From Podarcis pityusensis (Eukaryota), in NCBI GenBank assembly GCA_964106645.2, contig OZ067052.1: DNA of 64,000 bases; one strand, given 5' to 3'. Under the pieces are notes generated by a model. The model made no database searches and was not told the DNA's origin. It saw only the letters and a list, made by a program, of their open reading frames with translations. Made by a program: the position numbers and the translations under genes. Positions 1-12,128 of the stretch are shown piece by piece. Position 1 is the first letter of the stretch. Each line of letters begins with the position of its first letter.

Positions 1-1111
1 ACTTCCTCTTCTTGAAGGAAGCATCTATGTTCTGTTCAGTCAGCTGCGAGATGCTCAGTAGGTTGTGTGCAGCATCTGAAACAAAAAGAACGTTGCGTAT
101 CGATGCATCCAAACTGTGAAGAACAACCGTTCTGTGGCCTTGACTGGAGATCGTATAGTCATCCGCTTGGTGAATCGCACCTTCCTGCGGAGTAAAGGAC
201 ACGAACAGGTGTTTGTCCCGACAGACGTGCCGGGTCGCTTCCGAGTCGACAATGAAGAAAGATCTAGACATCTTCTAGACCTTTGGAGTGAAGCGTGAGA
301 CCATGGCCTTGTGTTGCGTTGCCCTGAACATCGGACCTTTGCCTTTTCCACGTGTTGAGCTTTCGCTGCGCTGCTCTGTTGCCTTGGCATTGGGATGTTT
401 GCAGTCCCTCTTCACGTGGCCTAGACATCCACACGAGTAGCATTTCACTGCCTCCAAAGCTTTGGCACCATCTTGTGGTTGCACTGCATTCTGGGATGAC
501 GTCTGTGAGGAGTCCTTCTTAGTGATACAGCTAGCACTACTCCGATCCGCTTCATTCAACACCACAGCAGTAACATGCGCTACCGTTAGCTGAGCAGTAG
601 GTAAAACAGCAAGCTGGCTGGCAATCGCTTCCCAACTTGAACCCAAAGAACGTAGAATCATGAAGGAATACACAGCCTCTGGAAAGGTGATTCCACGCTG
701 TTGCAACTCATGCCTGAGATTCTGCATTTCCATGAGGTGAGCATGTACATCTGCTCCATCAGCAAGTGCCATATCTTGCAACTTGGCATAAAAGAACAAA
801 GAAGCTCCCGCCTCTGTTCTTAAATGTGACTGTTGGAGACTGCCCCACATCTCTCTGGCTGAGGCCTTGTCACGCAAAAGGCATAACTCTTCAGGAGACA
901 CGATAAGCGTCAGAGTTCCCCTTGCTTTGGAATCCTTAGCCTACCATTCTTCGGTCACTGGAGCTGGGGGGCGTCTGTTATCACATTAAGCAGACCCTCT
1001 TTTCTTAGCAGAGCTTCTGCATACTGCACCCAGTTTTGATAATTCCCTTTTGTGAGCTTTGGAATTCCCAACGCAAATTCAAGAGCCTTCTGTTACTCTT
1101 GGACTAGCCAT
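1..1111 (-). pseudogene. Disrupted copia gag-protease coding region
   Basis: ATG at about 1111 followed by frameshifts, a TAG near 941-943 and another TAG at 275-277; the frame continues after 275 into the protease. Confidence 0.85.
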
Positions 1112-1340
1112 CTCTGTGCCTTTAAAGCAAGCTGCATCTGTTTACCAGCAGCTGCATTCCAAAAGCACCCTTCTTGAGGCTTTTGCTTTCTCCTGCCGCT
1201 GCCGGTAAGTGCTTTGGCTAGAAGTTCAAAGTCCACCCTTAATTCCATTAATTAGGGACTGGCAGGCTTCCCGGGGCTTGAGCACATACCTCTCATCAAT
1301 CTTCTTGACACACAGAGAAGATAAGCTGCATTCCGTTCTT

Positions 1341-1354
1341 CTGGGCCCATAACC
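1341..1354 (-). promoter_or_regulatory. Copia-type primer binding site (internal region of initiator tRNA-Met, half-tRNA priming)
   Basis: Minus strand GGTTATGGGCCCAG, 5 nt after the LTR-terminal CA; same motif as the Drosophila copia-lineage PBS. Confidence 0.85.
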
Positions 1355-1359
1355 AAAAA

Positions 1360-1707
1360 TGTCGGGATCTCTGCTCGGCCAAGCTGATAAAGCTCATCTT
1401 CCTCCGGCCGAGTCCTTCGGAATCGCCTCCAACATGATTAACGACCTGAGCAGAGAATCAAAGCAGCATGCGGAAGTGATGAGATTTATGGCTACATTTC
1501 AAAGCTTTATTTTCTAAGCTACGCAGACAGAAATCATCCTCTCTCTATGAAAGCAGAGAGCAACCGAACAACAAAGGAACAGGAAACCAGTACATCACAT
1601 CCGTCTCCCGTCTCACGTGAGACTTCCAACAGTATGGAATGTGTGGAATGTAAACAGAGTCTTGTGACTCCAAAGCACTGCTCAGTGGCAACACACAGAA
1701 ACTAACA
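1360..1707 (-). repeat. Copia 5' LTR
   Basis: Minus strand ends ...ACA at 1360 next to the PBS; AATAAA at 1506-1511 (minus); outer TGT boundary uncertain (1707 or 1631). Confidence 0.65.
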
Positions 1708-3092
1708 GGAAGGCTAATCCGTGCAGGCTTTCTGGGAACTGCGGTGGTAGCCTGGAATATCAGTTTTACTGTGCTTTCACATTCCAGATGTTGGCCTCCG
1801 GAGAATGTTTCAGGAAGTGGGAAGGTGATGCATCTCTGGATCTGAATCCACTGTTGATCAGAGAGGAAAGTGGTTTGTTGGAGAGGCTTTCCCACTTGCA
1901 AATGTAGATCAGAAACACATGCACTTTTAGGCAGCTGTGGGGTTGCTAAAGGAGACCAGCTGCCAACTGAACTCTCCAGAGCAATCTGACGTCTAGTGTG
2001 GGGAGAATGAGAGACTTGGCTCACCAGGCTTCTTCAGATTGGTGGGGAGAAACCCTTCTGATACAAATATGGTTTTGTAGCAGTTGTTTTAGAAGATGAT
2101 TGTATTCATCTGGAGGAGATGTTAGTCATACTTCAGTGCTTGCTGCCAGGAAGGGCAAAGTGTCAACAGTAGTTCAGTACTTCATGGTCAGAGTAAACTA
2201 TACTGTACGATATACTGGGCAGTGAGCTGAATTGATTTGATTTCTAGCCCTTCAGATGCATCACAGTGTTGCATTCCCCTTAACCTGGCCAAATCCAATT
2301 CCAGACAGACTAATCTCTTCTTCCTCTGAATAGAGCGGCTGTCGCTTAGGCAGAGCAGGGTTCTCAGTGCCGCTGTGCTGTGCTGCTTGTCATGAATCAG
2401 TCTGCTGGGAGTGAATTTGGTGTGCATCTTTACCTGTGGAGTCTCAATGGGAAGCATCTGAGCATTTGTTTTGTAAACACTCCTGGAAGCAGCTTCCTCT
2501 GCAGTGGTTTCCCAACTGTGTTCTGGGGCACCCTGGTGTTCCTGGGAAGCTTATCAAGAGTTTCTTACAATGAAAAGATCAGTCTGAAAGACAGCTTGCA
2601 AATCTCTACTTCACTTCCCCTGCAATGCATAGCTGTGGGAGAGCTCTGGCTATGTTCAGGTGTATGCAGGGCAATAATGAGGTCACATAGGCCTGATCTG
2701 CACTGCACATTACCCAGGCATTCCTGGAACTTGCCTTGGAATATGGAAATGGTTCCCTGCAGATGAGAAGTTCAGAAAACAGCTGTTCTTATGTGTCACA
2801 TACAATGTTATCAGTAGAAAGTCTTCAGACTGCATTTTTTTTCTGTGGGGAAAAATTGTTACGAGCAGTGCATTGTTCCATAAAATTAGTAAGAAGAAAT
2901 GATGAACATGGTAAGAGTCAAATTAGACCAATAACAATGGATACAATAACAGTCAAATCCTAAATTTATGTGTATAGGCATACTAACATGCTAAACCTAG
3001 CATGTTAAATGTTAATAATGCAACTACCTTGCTTTGAAAAGCTTGTCTGGGTCTGGCCAGTTATCTGGGAGACCTTCTAGGGGCCACGCCTG

Positions 3093-3313
3093 AGAGCCAG
3101 TGCAGTGCAGTGATGACCCAAGGACCTGGGAGGTCAGTGTCAAAGTCACATCACAGCCATGAAGCTTGCTGGATGACCCTGGGCCAATTTCTGACTCTTA
3201 GCCTAACCTACCTCACAGGGTTGGTATGAGGATAAAATGGGGAGGAGGAGAACTATGAGGGCCACCTGGAGCGCATTGTTGGAAAGATGGAGTATGGAAA
3301 TTAATAATAAAAA
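3093..3313 (+). mobile_element. Old MIR/CORE-like SINE
   Basis: gagagccagtg head, cctaacctacctcacagggttg core, AT-rich tail. Confidence 0.55.
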
Positions 3314-5611
3314 GTATACCGCCTTGGATTCCACAATGGAAGAAAAGTGCTCTATAATTGTAAGGCATTCCCATTACAATCTAAACAATGTAAGAGAACT
3401 ATAAGCTCCATCTGGTTGCTGTAGTCCTAATTTACAGTTTTAAATTGCAAACATTGCAGTAAAATTCACAAGTATTACAGTAAAGATAAAGTAAAGCTTT
3501 GAATTAGTTTTAAATGTTATCTTCAAACAACAGCAAATGCACATTTTTTGTCCTAATTGGTTATTTAGGTTCAGCTGCTTTTGACAATTGGGGGAAAGTC
3601 TTTTTCAGATATTTATACAGCATATAAAATTATTACAGCATTTAAAAAATGTTTGTTCACTAAATACAAGTCTGGTGTGCCAAATCAATGGCTACCTTTA
3701 TGTTTACTGGCAAACTTAAAAGTGCTGCTTTTTTTTTGTAACCCAAGGGCTGCCTTCTTCCATTTGCCTGTTCACAAAGGTCCTAATCATAGAATCATAG
3801 AGTTGGAAAGGGACCCAGAGGATCATCTAGTCCAACCTGAATATGCAGTTATCCCATACAGGGATTGAACCTTGGCACTATCAGCCTTGTCCTGGATGTG
3901 CCTATCCAGAAGTTAGAGGAACGTCATCTGGAGAGAGAAAATTTTACATGGTGGCATTCTGCCTTTGAAGTGCCCTTCCAGACTCTCTGATTAGTCAATC
4001 AACCTTTATTATGGTCCAGAGACCCAACAAATGTGGAGGAAGCTTTCTTGAAATGTGCGCGGACCATACTGAACAAAATTGAATCAGGTGAACTTGACCC
4101 GGAGAGGATGGGCTCTGGCATCCAGTACGGGGACGCCTCCCTGTGACAGCTGCGGCAACCGCGAGGGACCCAAACACAGACCCGAAAGCAATGCAACTGT
4201 TAGAGCCGGTGCCAGAGCATGCCTGGAAACTGCCTCTCTGATTAGTATAGTCACTCTTATTGTTTTAGACAACTAGTAAAACACATTTTGTTTGCTGTGC
4301 TCTTATCACCAGTCCGTCAACCTACTAACTTTATTATTTTGCTGCTGCTGCTGTCTTCATTTGCACCATTTTTTTCCTGGATTTCAGTTATTCTACTGAA
4401 TAATTCTACTGCCTTGGGTACTTACACAGAAAGGCGGGATAAAAAATATTTTAAATAAATTAATGAGGATATCTCTGTAGGCACCTTCAAACATCAATCT
4501 AGCTTTCCCCCAGTTTTAGGCATGCTAATTCAATTTGCTCTTGGTCAGAAGCTAAGTGGCACCTAATTGCAGACAGTTTGCATGGCAGATGCCAGAAATC
4601 CAAGTACGGAAGGCCACATGTGGGAAGTGGCAATGTTGGCACAACAAATCCAGCGCCACATCTTAATTTGCCTGGAACAGCTTTCTGTATTGTGCACTGA
4701 AATGCAGAAGTGGGAGTTCGGGAACCTCCTGTGCGGACATGCCTGAACAGCAGCTTGGATGGGATTATAACTCTATTTCAAGCTGCATTGCAGGCCCAGC
4801 TACATGAAAGGCATCTAACTCACCCTGTGGTGATGTCATGCTCTTCAGTGGGGACTGGGTTATTGGAGTCGGCAGATGCTTGAAAAGGAAGGAGCTGCTT
4901 ACTCCTCCACTTTGTGCCAAAAGACCTTTATGCCTGGGGAAGAGCCTCCCACCTGCTGCCAGGTGGGCTTTGCAGAAATGGTCCCCATTTTCTGAGCCTT
5001 GACAAGGAAGTGAGGGAATCCTGCATTGAAAAACACCCTTCAAATGGCAGAAAGAAAGATTCTGTGTAGTCTATGCCAGAATAAGAGAGGCAGCAGGGCC
5101 ACAGATCCAGGAGCTGATGTAGAGTAAGCAACACACTACTCTGATTCAGTTCTGAGATGACATTGATTTTATAAGAAGCAGGAGTAAGCTAACCAATATG
5201 TGCACTGGGATCTCACTCTAGATTGTTGCCACCACTTATGTAGGTCCAGACAGAAGCATGCACGCACACTCCTGAAACTTCTTAAAGCAGAAATTGCTGT
5301 CTAAGCCAACCACCCAGTCTCCTAAATAAGTAGATTAGAATCCTGTTCAGGTATATAGAGCACGTGAAGAGGGGTAGAGAGGACAAGCAGGCTAGCTCTA
5401 GCCCTGGATACCAGCACAAGCTCTGGTCACCCATCCTTGCCGCTGACGGCTCAGTGCTTGTCTGAAGAGTTGCCTGCCTGCAGAGGCCTCCTTCAGGCCA
5501 ACAGAGTTAGCCTGCTTGTTCTCAACTCCCCTCTCCATGCACTGGGTGCCTGAATGGGGTTTAGAACTGAGCGAGTTGAGGTGAATGTGAGTTTTACTTC
5601 AAAAAGAATAT

Positions 5612-5748
5612 TATAGAGCTGGAAAAGGGCAACCAAAATGATCAAGGGGTTGGAGTGACTCTCCTATGGAGAAAGGTTCCAACATTTGGAACTTTTTAGT
5701 TTAGAGAAAAGGCGAGTAAGAGGTGACGTGATAGAAGTGTGTAAAATG
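5612..5748 (+). mobile_element. Old CR1 LINE 3' fragment; its extreme 3' end resumes at about 6190-6222 and 7250-7300
   Basis: Decayed RATKMIKGLE...FSLEKRRxRGD coding sequence; terminal ggactagatgggccattggcctgatccagca split by the hAT insertion. Confidence 0.75.
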
Positions 5749-5749
5749 A

Positions 5750-6190
5750 GAGGGGCCGCTAGGGGCGCCTTGGAAGATGGCCGACAATACCATCTATCCA
5801 GCCTGCACGAGGTAATTAGAGGCTGATTATGGGGAGTAAATCAGTCTCCCTCGTCTTCCCTGGGTTTTGGGGAGATGCTGCCTTGCCTGCTGTTGCCATA
5901 AATCACCCCCGAGTTCGGTAGAAGGAAGGGGTGAGAGGCACTGGGCGGAAAGCCCTCAGGCAGGCTCTGGAACTCTCCGACGCTGCTTCCAAGAGCGAAA
6001 CTGGTTGCGTTGCTTAAGAGTAAAAAAATTTGGAGAAGTAAACGCACATGCTTCAAGCGAGGTCAGGAGTGTTTTATCTGCTAAATAATTCCACAACTGA
6101 GATGATGAAGATTGGACGGAAGGAACAGAGATAACACCAAAGAATCACAGACATATTGGTATGAGGAACGGAACGGAAAGGGGACTTTTC
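5750..6190 (+). mobile_element. Probable L1-clade 5' UTR fragment with YY1-type motif
   Basis: Begins G-rich, then AAGATGGCCGA (5774-5784), as at L1 5' ends; retains CpGs; interrupts the CR1 fragment. Confidence 0.45.
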
Positions 6191-6222
6191 AGCCATTGTG
6201 AGAACAGGATGCTGGACTAGAT

Positions 6223-7249
6223 TACGGTTACCAGACATCCCTGGTTCCCGGAGACAGTCCCCAGATTCACCAATCTGTCCTCGGAATGTCCCCGGATTTT
6301 AATTAATGTCCTCGGATTTATGCCTGGGGACTTCCGGTGAGGCAACATGGTGGGCGCCATGGCAGCGAGCAGCACCGGAGGTCCCGGCCATGTCAAAGTT
6401 CCAGCCAGCCAATTCACTGGCTGGGGGCGGGGCTGTTTAAACTTCCTCGATCAACGCCCTGCGCGCCCGAGTTGGGGGGGAGCGAGGTGCTGAGGCGGTG
6501 AAGAAGAGGAGGAGAAGCGTAGAAAAGAGCTGTGCTGCGTTGTGACAGAGAGCAAGAGATGGAGCGCAGCGATGCCTTCTCACGGGAACAAAGAGGTGCG
6601 ATAGCGAAGGCTGGGGGGGAACGGGGGGGGAGTCGGGCTGGCTCCTTTGCTTTCTCTCCTTCCTCTCCCTCCAACGGCCACTGCGGAGATGGTGAGTTTA
6701 ATGGGGGGCGAGGAAGGCGCTGAGGCGCCCCTTGTCCCCGGCGGTGCCACGCTGCCTTCCCGCAGGGGGTGGGGGTTGAAACATTCTCAGGAGATGGAGC
6801 CTCCTTCCCTCCGCGCCTCCTTCAACACCAGCAGCCTCTCTTGTGAGGAGGGCTGTGTGCGAGTTCACTGTTTCTCCACCTCTGGTAACGAGACACCGCC
6901 GCCGCCAGCTGAATCTCCATAGAGACTGCACTCGCCCTCCAGGGGTCTCCCGGTTATGGGAAGCCGGTGCCTTGTGTGTGTGTTTTTTAATGCGTGTTTT
7001 CCCAAGACCAGCGAGCGCCTTTGCTCGATCTCTCTCCCCTACCACCACCAACCTCTTTTTTTGGCATTTGTGTGTTTATAGATGGGCTTCTCCACCTGCC
7101 TTGTGTCATGGTGTGCGCCCGACAACTTTGGGGTCCCCCCCTAAAATAATGTCAAGAACTCCAGGCAACCCTTTCCTAAAATAATAAAGCTTGAATTTTT
7201 TATTTTTTTTTAAGTCCCCGGATTCCTTGAAAACAGTCTGGTAACCGTA
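6223..7249. mobile_element. Non-autonomous hAT DNA transposon with CpG-rich internal cargo
   Basis: Perfect 14-bp TIRs TACGGTTACCAGAC (6223-6236) and GTCTGGTAACCGTA (7236-7249); perfect 8-bp TSD GACTAGAT (6215-6222, 7250-7257). Confidence 0.93.
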
Positions 7250-7309
7250 GACTAGATGGGCCATTGGCCTGATCCAGCAGCTCTTCTTATATCCTTATGT
7301 ATTTTATTT

Positions 7310-9016
7310 CATAGAATCATAGAATCATAGAGTTGGAAGAGACCACAAGGGCCATCAAGTCCAACCCCCTGCCAAGCAGGAAACATCATCAGAGCACTCC
7401 TGACATATGGTTGTCAAGCCTCTGCTTAAAGACCTCCAAAGAAGGAGACTCCACCACACTCCTTGGCAGCAAATTCCACTGTCGAACAGCTCTTACTGTC
7501 AGGAAGTTCTTCCTAATGTTTAGGTGGAATCTTCTTTCTTGTAGTTTGGATCCATTGCTCCGTGTCCGCTTCTCTGGAGCAGCAGAAAACAACCTTTCTC
7601 CCTCCTCTATGTGACATCCTTTGATATATTTGAACATGGCTATCATATCACCCCTTAACCTCCTCTTCTCCAGGCTAAACATGCCCAGCTCCCTTAGCCG
7701 TTCCTCATAAGGCATCGTTTCCAGGCCTTTGACCATTTTGGTTGCCCTCCTCTGGACACGTTCCAGTTTGTCAGTGTCCTTCTTGAACTGTGGTGCCCAG
7801 AACTGGACACAGTACTCCAGGTGAGGTCTGATCAGAGCAGAATACAGTGGCACTATTACTTCCCTTGATCTAGATGCTATACTCCTATTGATGAGGCCCA
7901 GAATTGCATTGGCTTTTTTAGCTGCCGCGTCACACTGTTGGCTCATGTCAAGTTTGTGGTCAACCAAGACTCCTAGATCCTTTTCACATGTACTGCTCTC
8001 AAGCCAGGTGTCACCCATCTTGTATTTGTGCCTCTCATTTTTTTTGCCCAAGTGCAATACTTTACATTTCTCCCTGTTAAAATTCATCTTCTTTGTTTTG
8101 GCCCAGTTCTCTAATCTGTCAAGGTCGTTTTGTAGTGTGATCCTGTCCTCTGGGGTGTTAGCCACCCCTCCCAGTTTGGTGTCATCTGCAAATTTGATCA
8201 GGATGCCCTTGAGTCCATCATCCAAGTCGTTGATAAAGATGTTGAATAAGACCGGGCCCAAGACAGAACCCTGTGGCACCCCACTAGTCACTCTTCTCCA
8301 GGATGAAGAGGAACCATTGATGAGCACCCTTTGGGTTCGGTCAGTCTGCCAGTTACAAATCCACTGAGTGGTAGCATAGTCAAGACCGCATTTTACCAGC
8401 TTCTTTACAAGAATATCATGGGGCACCTTGTCAAATGCCTTGCTGAAATCAAGGTAGGCTACATCCACTGCGTTCCCTTCATCTACCAGGCTTGTAATTC
8501 TGTCAAAAAACGAGATCCGGTTAGTCTGACATGACTTATTTTTCAGAAATCCATGCTGACTATTGGTGATCACAGCATTCCTTTCTAGGTGCTCACAGAC
8601 TGTTTGCTTAATGATCTGCTCCAGAATCTTCCCTGGTATTGATGTCAGACTGACTGGGTGGTAATTATTTGGGTCCTCTCTTTTCCCCTTTTTGAAAATA
8701 GGGACAACATTTGCCCTCCTCCAGTCTGCCGGGACTTCGCCTGTTCTCCAGGAATTCTCAAAGATGACTGCCAGTGGTTCTGAGATCACATCTGCCAGTG
8801 CTTTTAATACTCTTGGGTGCAGTTCATGTGGCCCTGGAGACTTGAATACATCTAAACTAGCCAAGTATTCTTGTACTATCTCCTTAGTTATTCTGGGCTG
8901 TGTTTCCTCTGCTGAATCATTTGCTCCAAATTCTTCAGGTTGGGCATTGTTTTCTTTATCGGAGAAGACTGAGGCAAAGAAGGCATTGAGGAGTTCAGCC
9001 CTTTCTGTGTCCCCTG
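7310..9016 (-). mobile_element. Young 5'-truncated CR1 LINE with open ORF2 reverse transcriptase region
   Basis: ORF 7389..9056 with [19 protein letters not shown] and FADD motifs; (ATTCTATG)n 3' tail at 7310-7330. Confidence 0.97.
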
Positions 9017-9043
9017 TTTCTGTGTCCCCTTTCTGTGTCCCCT

Positions 9044-9990
9044 GGATATGGAACAACTGATTGGTTCAAAATTGGGAAAGGAGTGTGACAAGGCTGTATA
9101 TTGTCTCCCTGCTTATTTAACTTATATGCAGAATTCATCATGCGAAAGGCTGGGCTGGATGAATACCTAGCCGGAATTAAGATTGCTGGAAGAAATATCA
9201 ACAACCTCAGATATGCAGATGACACAACCTTGATGGCAGAAAGTGAGGAGGAATTAAAGAACCTTTTAATGAGGGTAAAAGAGGAGAGCGCAAAATATGG
9301 TCTGAAGCTCAACATCAAAAAAACGAAGATCATGGCCACTGGTCCCATCATCTCCTATCGAATAGAAGGGGAAGAAATGGAGGCAGTGAGAGATTTTACT
9401 TTCTTGGGCTCCATGATCCCTGCAGATGGTGAGAGCAGTCACAAAATTAAAAGACGCCTGCTTCTTGGGAGAAAAGCAATGACAAACCTAGACAGCATCT
9501 TAAAAAGCAGAGACATCACCTTGCCAACAAAGGTCCGTATAGTTAAAGCTACGGTTTTCCCAGTAGTGATGTATGGAAGTGAGAGCTGGCTCATAAAGAA
9601 GGCTGATCGCCAAAGAATTGATGCTTTTGAATTATGGTGCTGGAGGAGACTCTTGAGAGTCCCATGGACTGCAAGAAGATCAAACCTATCCATTCTGAAG
9701 GAAATCAGTCCTGAGTGCTCACTGGAAGGACAGATCCTGAAGCTGAGGCTCCAGTACTTTGGCCACCTCATGAGAAGAGAAGACTCCCTGGAAAAGACCC
9801 TGATGTTGGGAAAGATGGAGGCACAAGGAGAAAGGGATGACAGAGGACAAGATGGCTGGACAGTGTTCTCGAAGCTACCAGCATGAGTTTGACCAAACTG
9901 CGGGAGGCAGTGGAAGACAGGAGTGCCTGGCGTGCTCTGGTTCATGGGGTCACGAAGAGTCGGACACGGTTAAACGACTAAACAACAACA
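9044..9990 (+). mobile_element. 5'-truncated RTE-BovB LINE
   Basis: ORF 9101..9886 with LSPCLFNLY, NLRYADD and IDAFELWCWRRLLRVPWTARRSN; frameshift near 9820; (CAA)n tail. Confidence 0.96.
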
Positions 9991-10378
9991 AGTTCTAATG
10001 GTGCACAATTGAGCACCATATACAAGCAATGTGCAATGTATTTGGCTTCAAACAGTTTGAGGGCTGCAGGTATATATTGTCCGCCTTTTGTCCTAAAATA
10101 CCTGAGTATAGAATTTATGCTTCTCTGGGCATTCCCTGCAACATAATCCCAGTGGGCTTTTCTGCTTCCCGAAGAATGAAGGGTTATACCCAAATATTTG
10201 AAGCAGGTGACCTGATGAATGTTATGGCCATTGATGTACCATGAGCAAGGTTTGGGCCTTTTGGCAAAGACCATGATTTTGGTTTTTTGGTAATTTAGTT
10301 CTAGTTTGCTCTCCTTGCAGCATGCTGCCAGTGTTTTTATGGCTCTTTTAAGGCTTGTAGGAGTTCTTGAGAGGATTG
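9991..10378 (-). mobile_element. Non-LTR retrotransposon RT fragment (RTE-X-like; clade uncertain)
   Basis: Minus strand reads AILSRTP...LELNYQKTKIMVF...QVTCFKYLGI, the post-YADD part of a LINE RT. Confidence 0.75.
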
Positions 10379-10587
10379 CTGTGGAACCTTGAGTTGCGTA
10401 CCGTCCTCCTTACGAATACTTCGGGTAACGAGCTCCGCTAACCTGGAAGTAGATGCGAACTTTGCCCCAGGATGCGAGAGGAAGTCGTGTGGCGCAGCAG
10501 CAGTGGGAGGCCCCATTAGCAAAAGCGTGCCTCATGTTAAGAACGGACCTCCGGAACGAATTAAGTTCATAACCGGAGGTACCACTG
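10379..10587. mobile_element. Tc1/mariner (Tigger-like) MITE
   Basis: Right TIR GGAGGTACCACTG followed by TA; degenerate left TIR CTGTGGAACCT; same TIR type as 47001-47210. Confidence 0.7.
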
Positions 10588-11293
10588 TAAAGCAGTACCG
10601 GGATAAGAGTAGCTTGTAAAACCAGCTGCTGTGTAGACAAGGCTGCAACTATCCCCGGCCTTGAGTGGGGGCTTGAACTTGGAAGTGCAAGTTCCGTGCC
10701 CTGCATCCACTTAGTTCTTTTCTGGTGCAGCCGCCTCCACCACCATGTTTCTCCCCCACTTGGAGTGCGACAGGTGAATGCAGGCAGAATGTGGGGGAGC
10801 GTGGGCTGGGTCTGGCCAGGCGCTGATCACTGCGAGATTGCCTGCCTGCCTGCCTGCTTCAGTCTTCAGATGTCGGGTGTTGCAGTATGTCTGAAATCTA
10901 AATGGTAGTTAATCATAACTATGGTCTGAAACAAGCATGGTTTTGAAGTTGACTTGTTTTAGACAAACTGGCTAAGATAAACCACATTTTATTAGGTTAA
11001 GATGATAACTAAAATCTGTAGTTAATAAAAAATGAAAATGAAAGCTTCCAATCTACCACTTGCAGTTCCGTCAGAGGAGGAAAGTGGAAAAGGAGCATTC
11101 GGAACTGAGATATGCCTAGGCTCATTCTCACTGTAATAAATAATGACATTATTGTAACGTCTGAATGCTACCAATATAAGTTAGCTCTTTTAGAGTGCGC
11201 AAAGTATTTACTACTTCTTTAGTATGTTTTAAGTACATAACAACATGATTGGGTTATGGCCTCCCCCATGTTGCCGCCACATCTATTCATTTA

Positions 11294-12059
11294 CCGTATT
11301 TTTCGCCCTATAGGATGCACTTTTTCCCCCTCCAAAAATGAAGGGGAAATGTGTGTGCGTCCTATGGGGCGAATACAGGCTTTCGCTGAAGCCTGGAGAG
11401 CCCCACCGCCAGCCCCACAAGCTTGGGGGACAGCGGGGAGGCAGAACGCTGCCATCCCGCTGTCCCCCGACTTTGTTAGAGGGCTGGCGGGGGGGAGAAG
11501 CCTGCTCCTCCCCGTTGCCAGCCCCGCAAACTCCCCCTCCCCCTCCCCCAGCCCCACAAACTTCCCCCTCCCCCAGCCCCGCAAGCTCCCAGAGCGATGC
11601 TGAAGCTGTCCCGTTCTGGGGGCTGGGGGAGGGGGAAGCTCGGGCTTCCCCCGCCCCAGCCCCGCGCCTGGGGGGGGGGAATAAATCTGGCTTTTTTTCA
11701 GCCGGAGCTGTGCTCCAGCTCCTCTCAGGTGGCAGGCGGCATTGCGGGCTGGCTTCCTGCCCCTGCCCCGCTCCTTCTGCCCCTGCTGCCAGCAGTTGCC
11801 AGGGCGGGAAAGGAGAAGTGGATGGGAGGCTGAGGGTGGGGAGAGGTCAGTGCAAGTCCGAGCCTCCAGGACACAGAGCCCAATCGCGGCCCCCAGGAGG
11901 CCATGTGACGGCCCAGCTGTGTGTGTCATCTTTGACCAGAAGCGTGTCTCTGGTTTGGGCTCAGGCAGTGGCAGCAGTGCTGGGGGGGTTGCACTGTTCT
12001 CCCTGCTCCTGCCTTCCTTCTTTTTTCCCTTGGGCACCTCATTCCGCTTTCTTGCCGGC

Positions 12060-12128
<69 letters not shown>

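Larger units (their letters stand above)
1..1707 (-). mobile_element. Ty1/copia LTR retrotransposon, 5' part (5' LTR, PBS, gag, protease); degenerate; continues past the window start
   Basis: Gag N-terminal motif PKLTKGNYQNW; zinc knuckle CYSCGCLGHVKRDC in ORF 275..901; protease region FIVDSEATRHVC and NVLFV...NLLSISQL; PBS GGTTATGGGCCCAG; stops and frameshifts present. Confidence 0.9.

Noticed and set aside
3995-4230. Possible LINE 3' end (minus strand AATAAAGGTTGATTGA) with CpG-retaining body
   Set aside because: Could not assign a family or boundaries from sequence alone
6300-7030. CpG island as the native BIN3 promoter
   Set aside because: It lies wholly inside a TIR/TSD-bounded transposon and lacks the canonical MSW first exon
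9017-9056. N-terminus [18 protein letters not shown] of the 555-aa ORF
   Set aside because: Artefact of reading through the junction repeats into antisense BovB; not a real CR1 start
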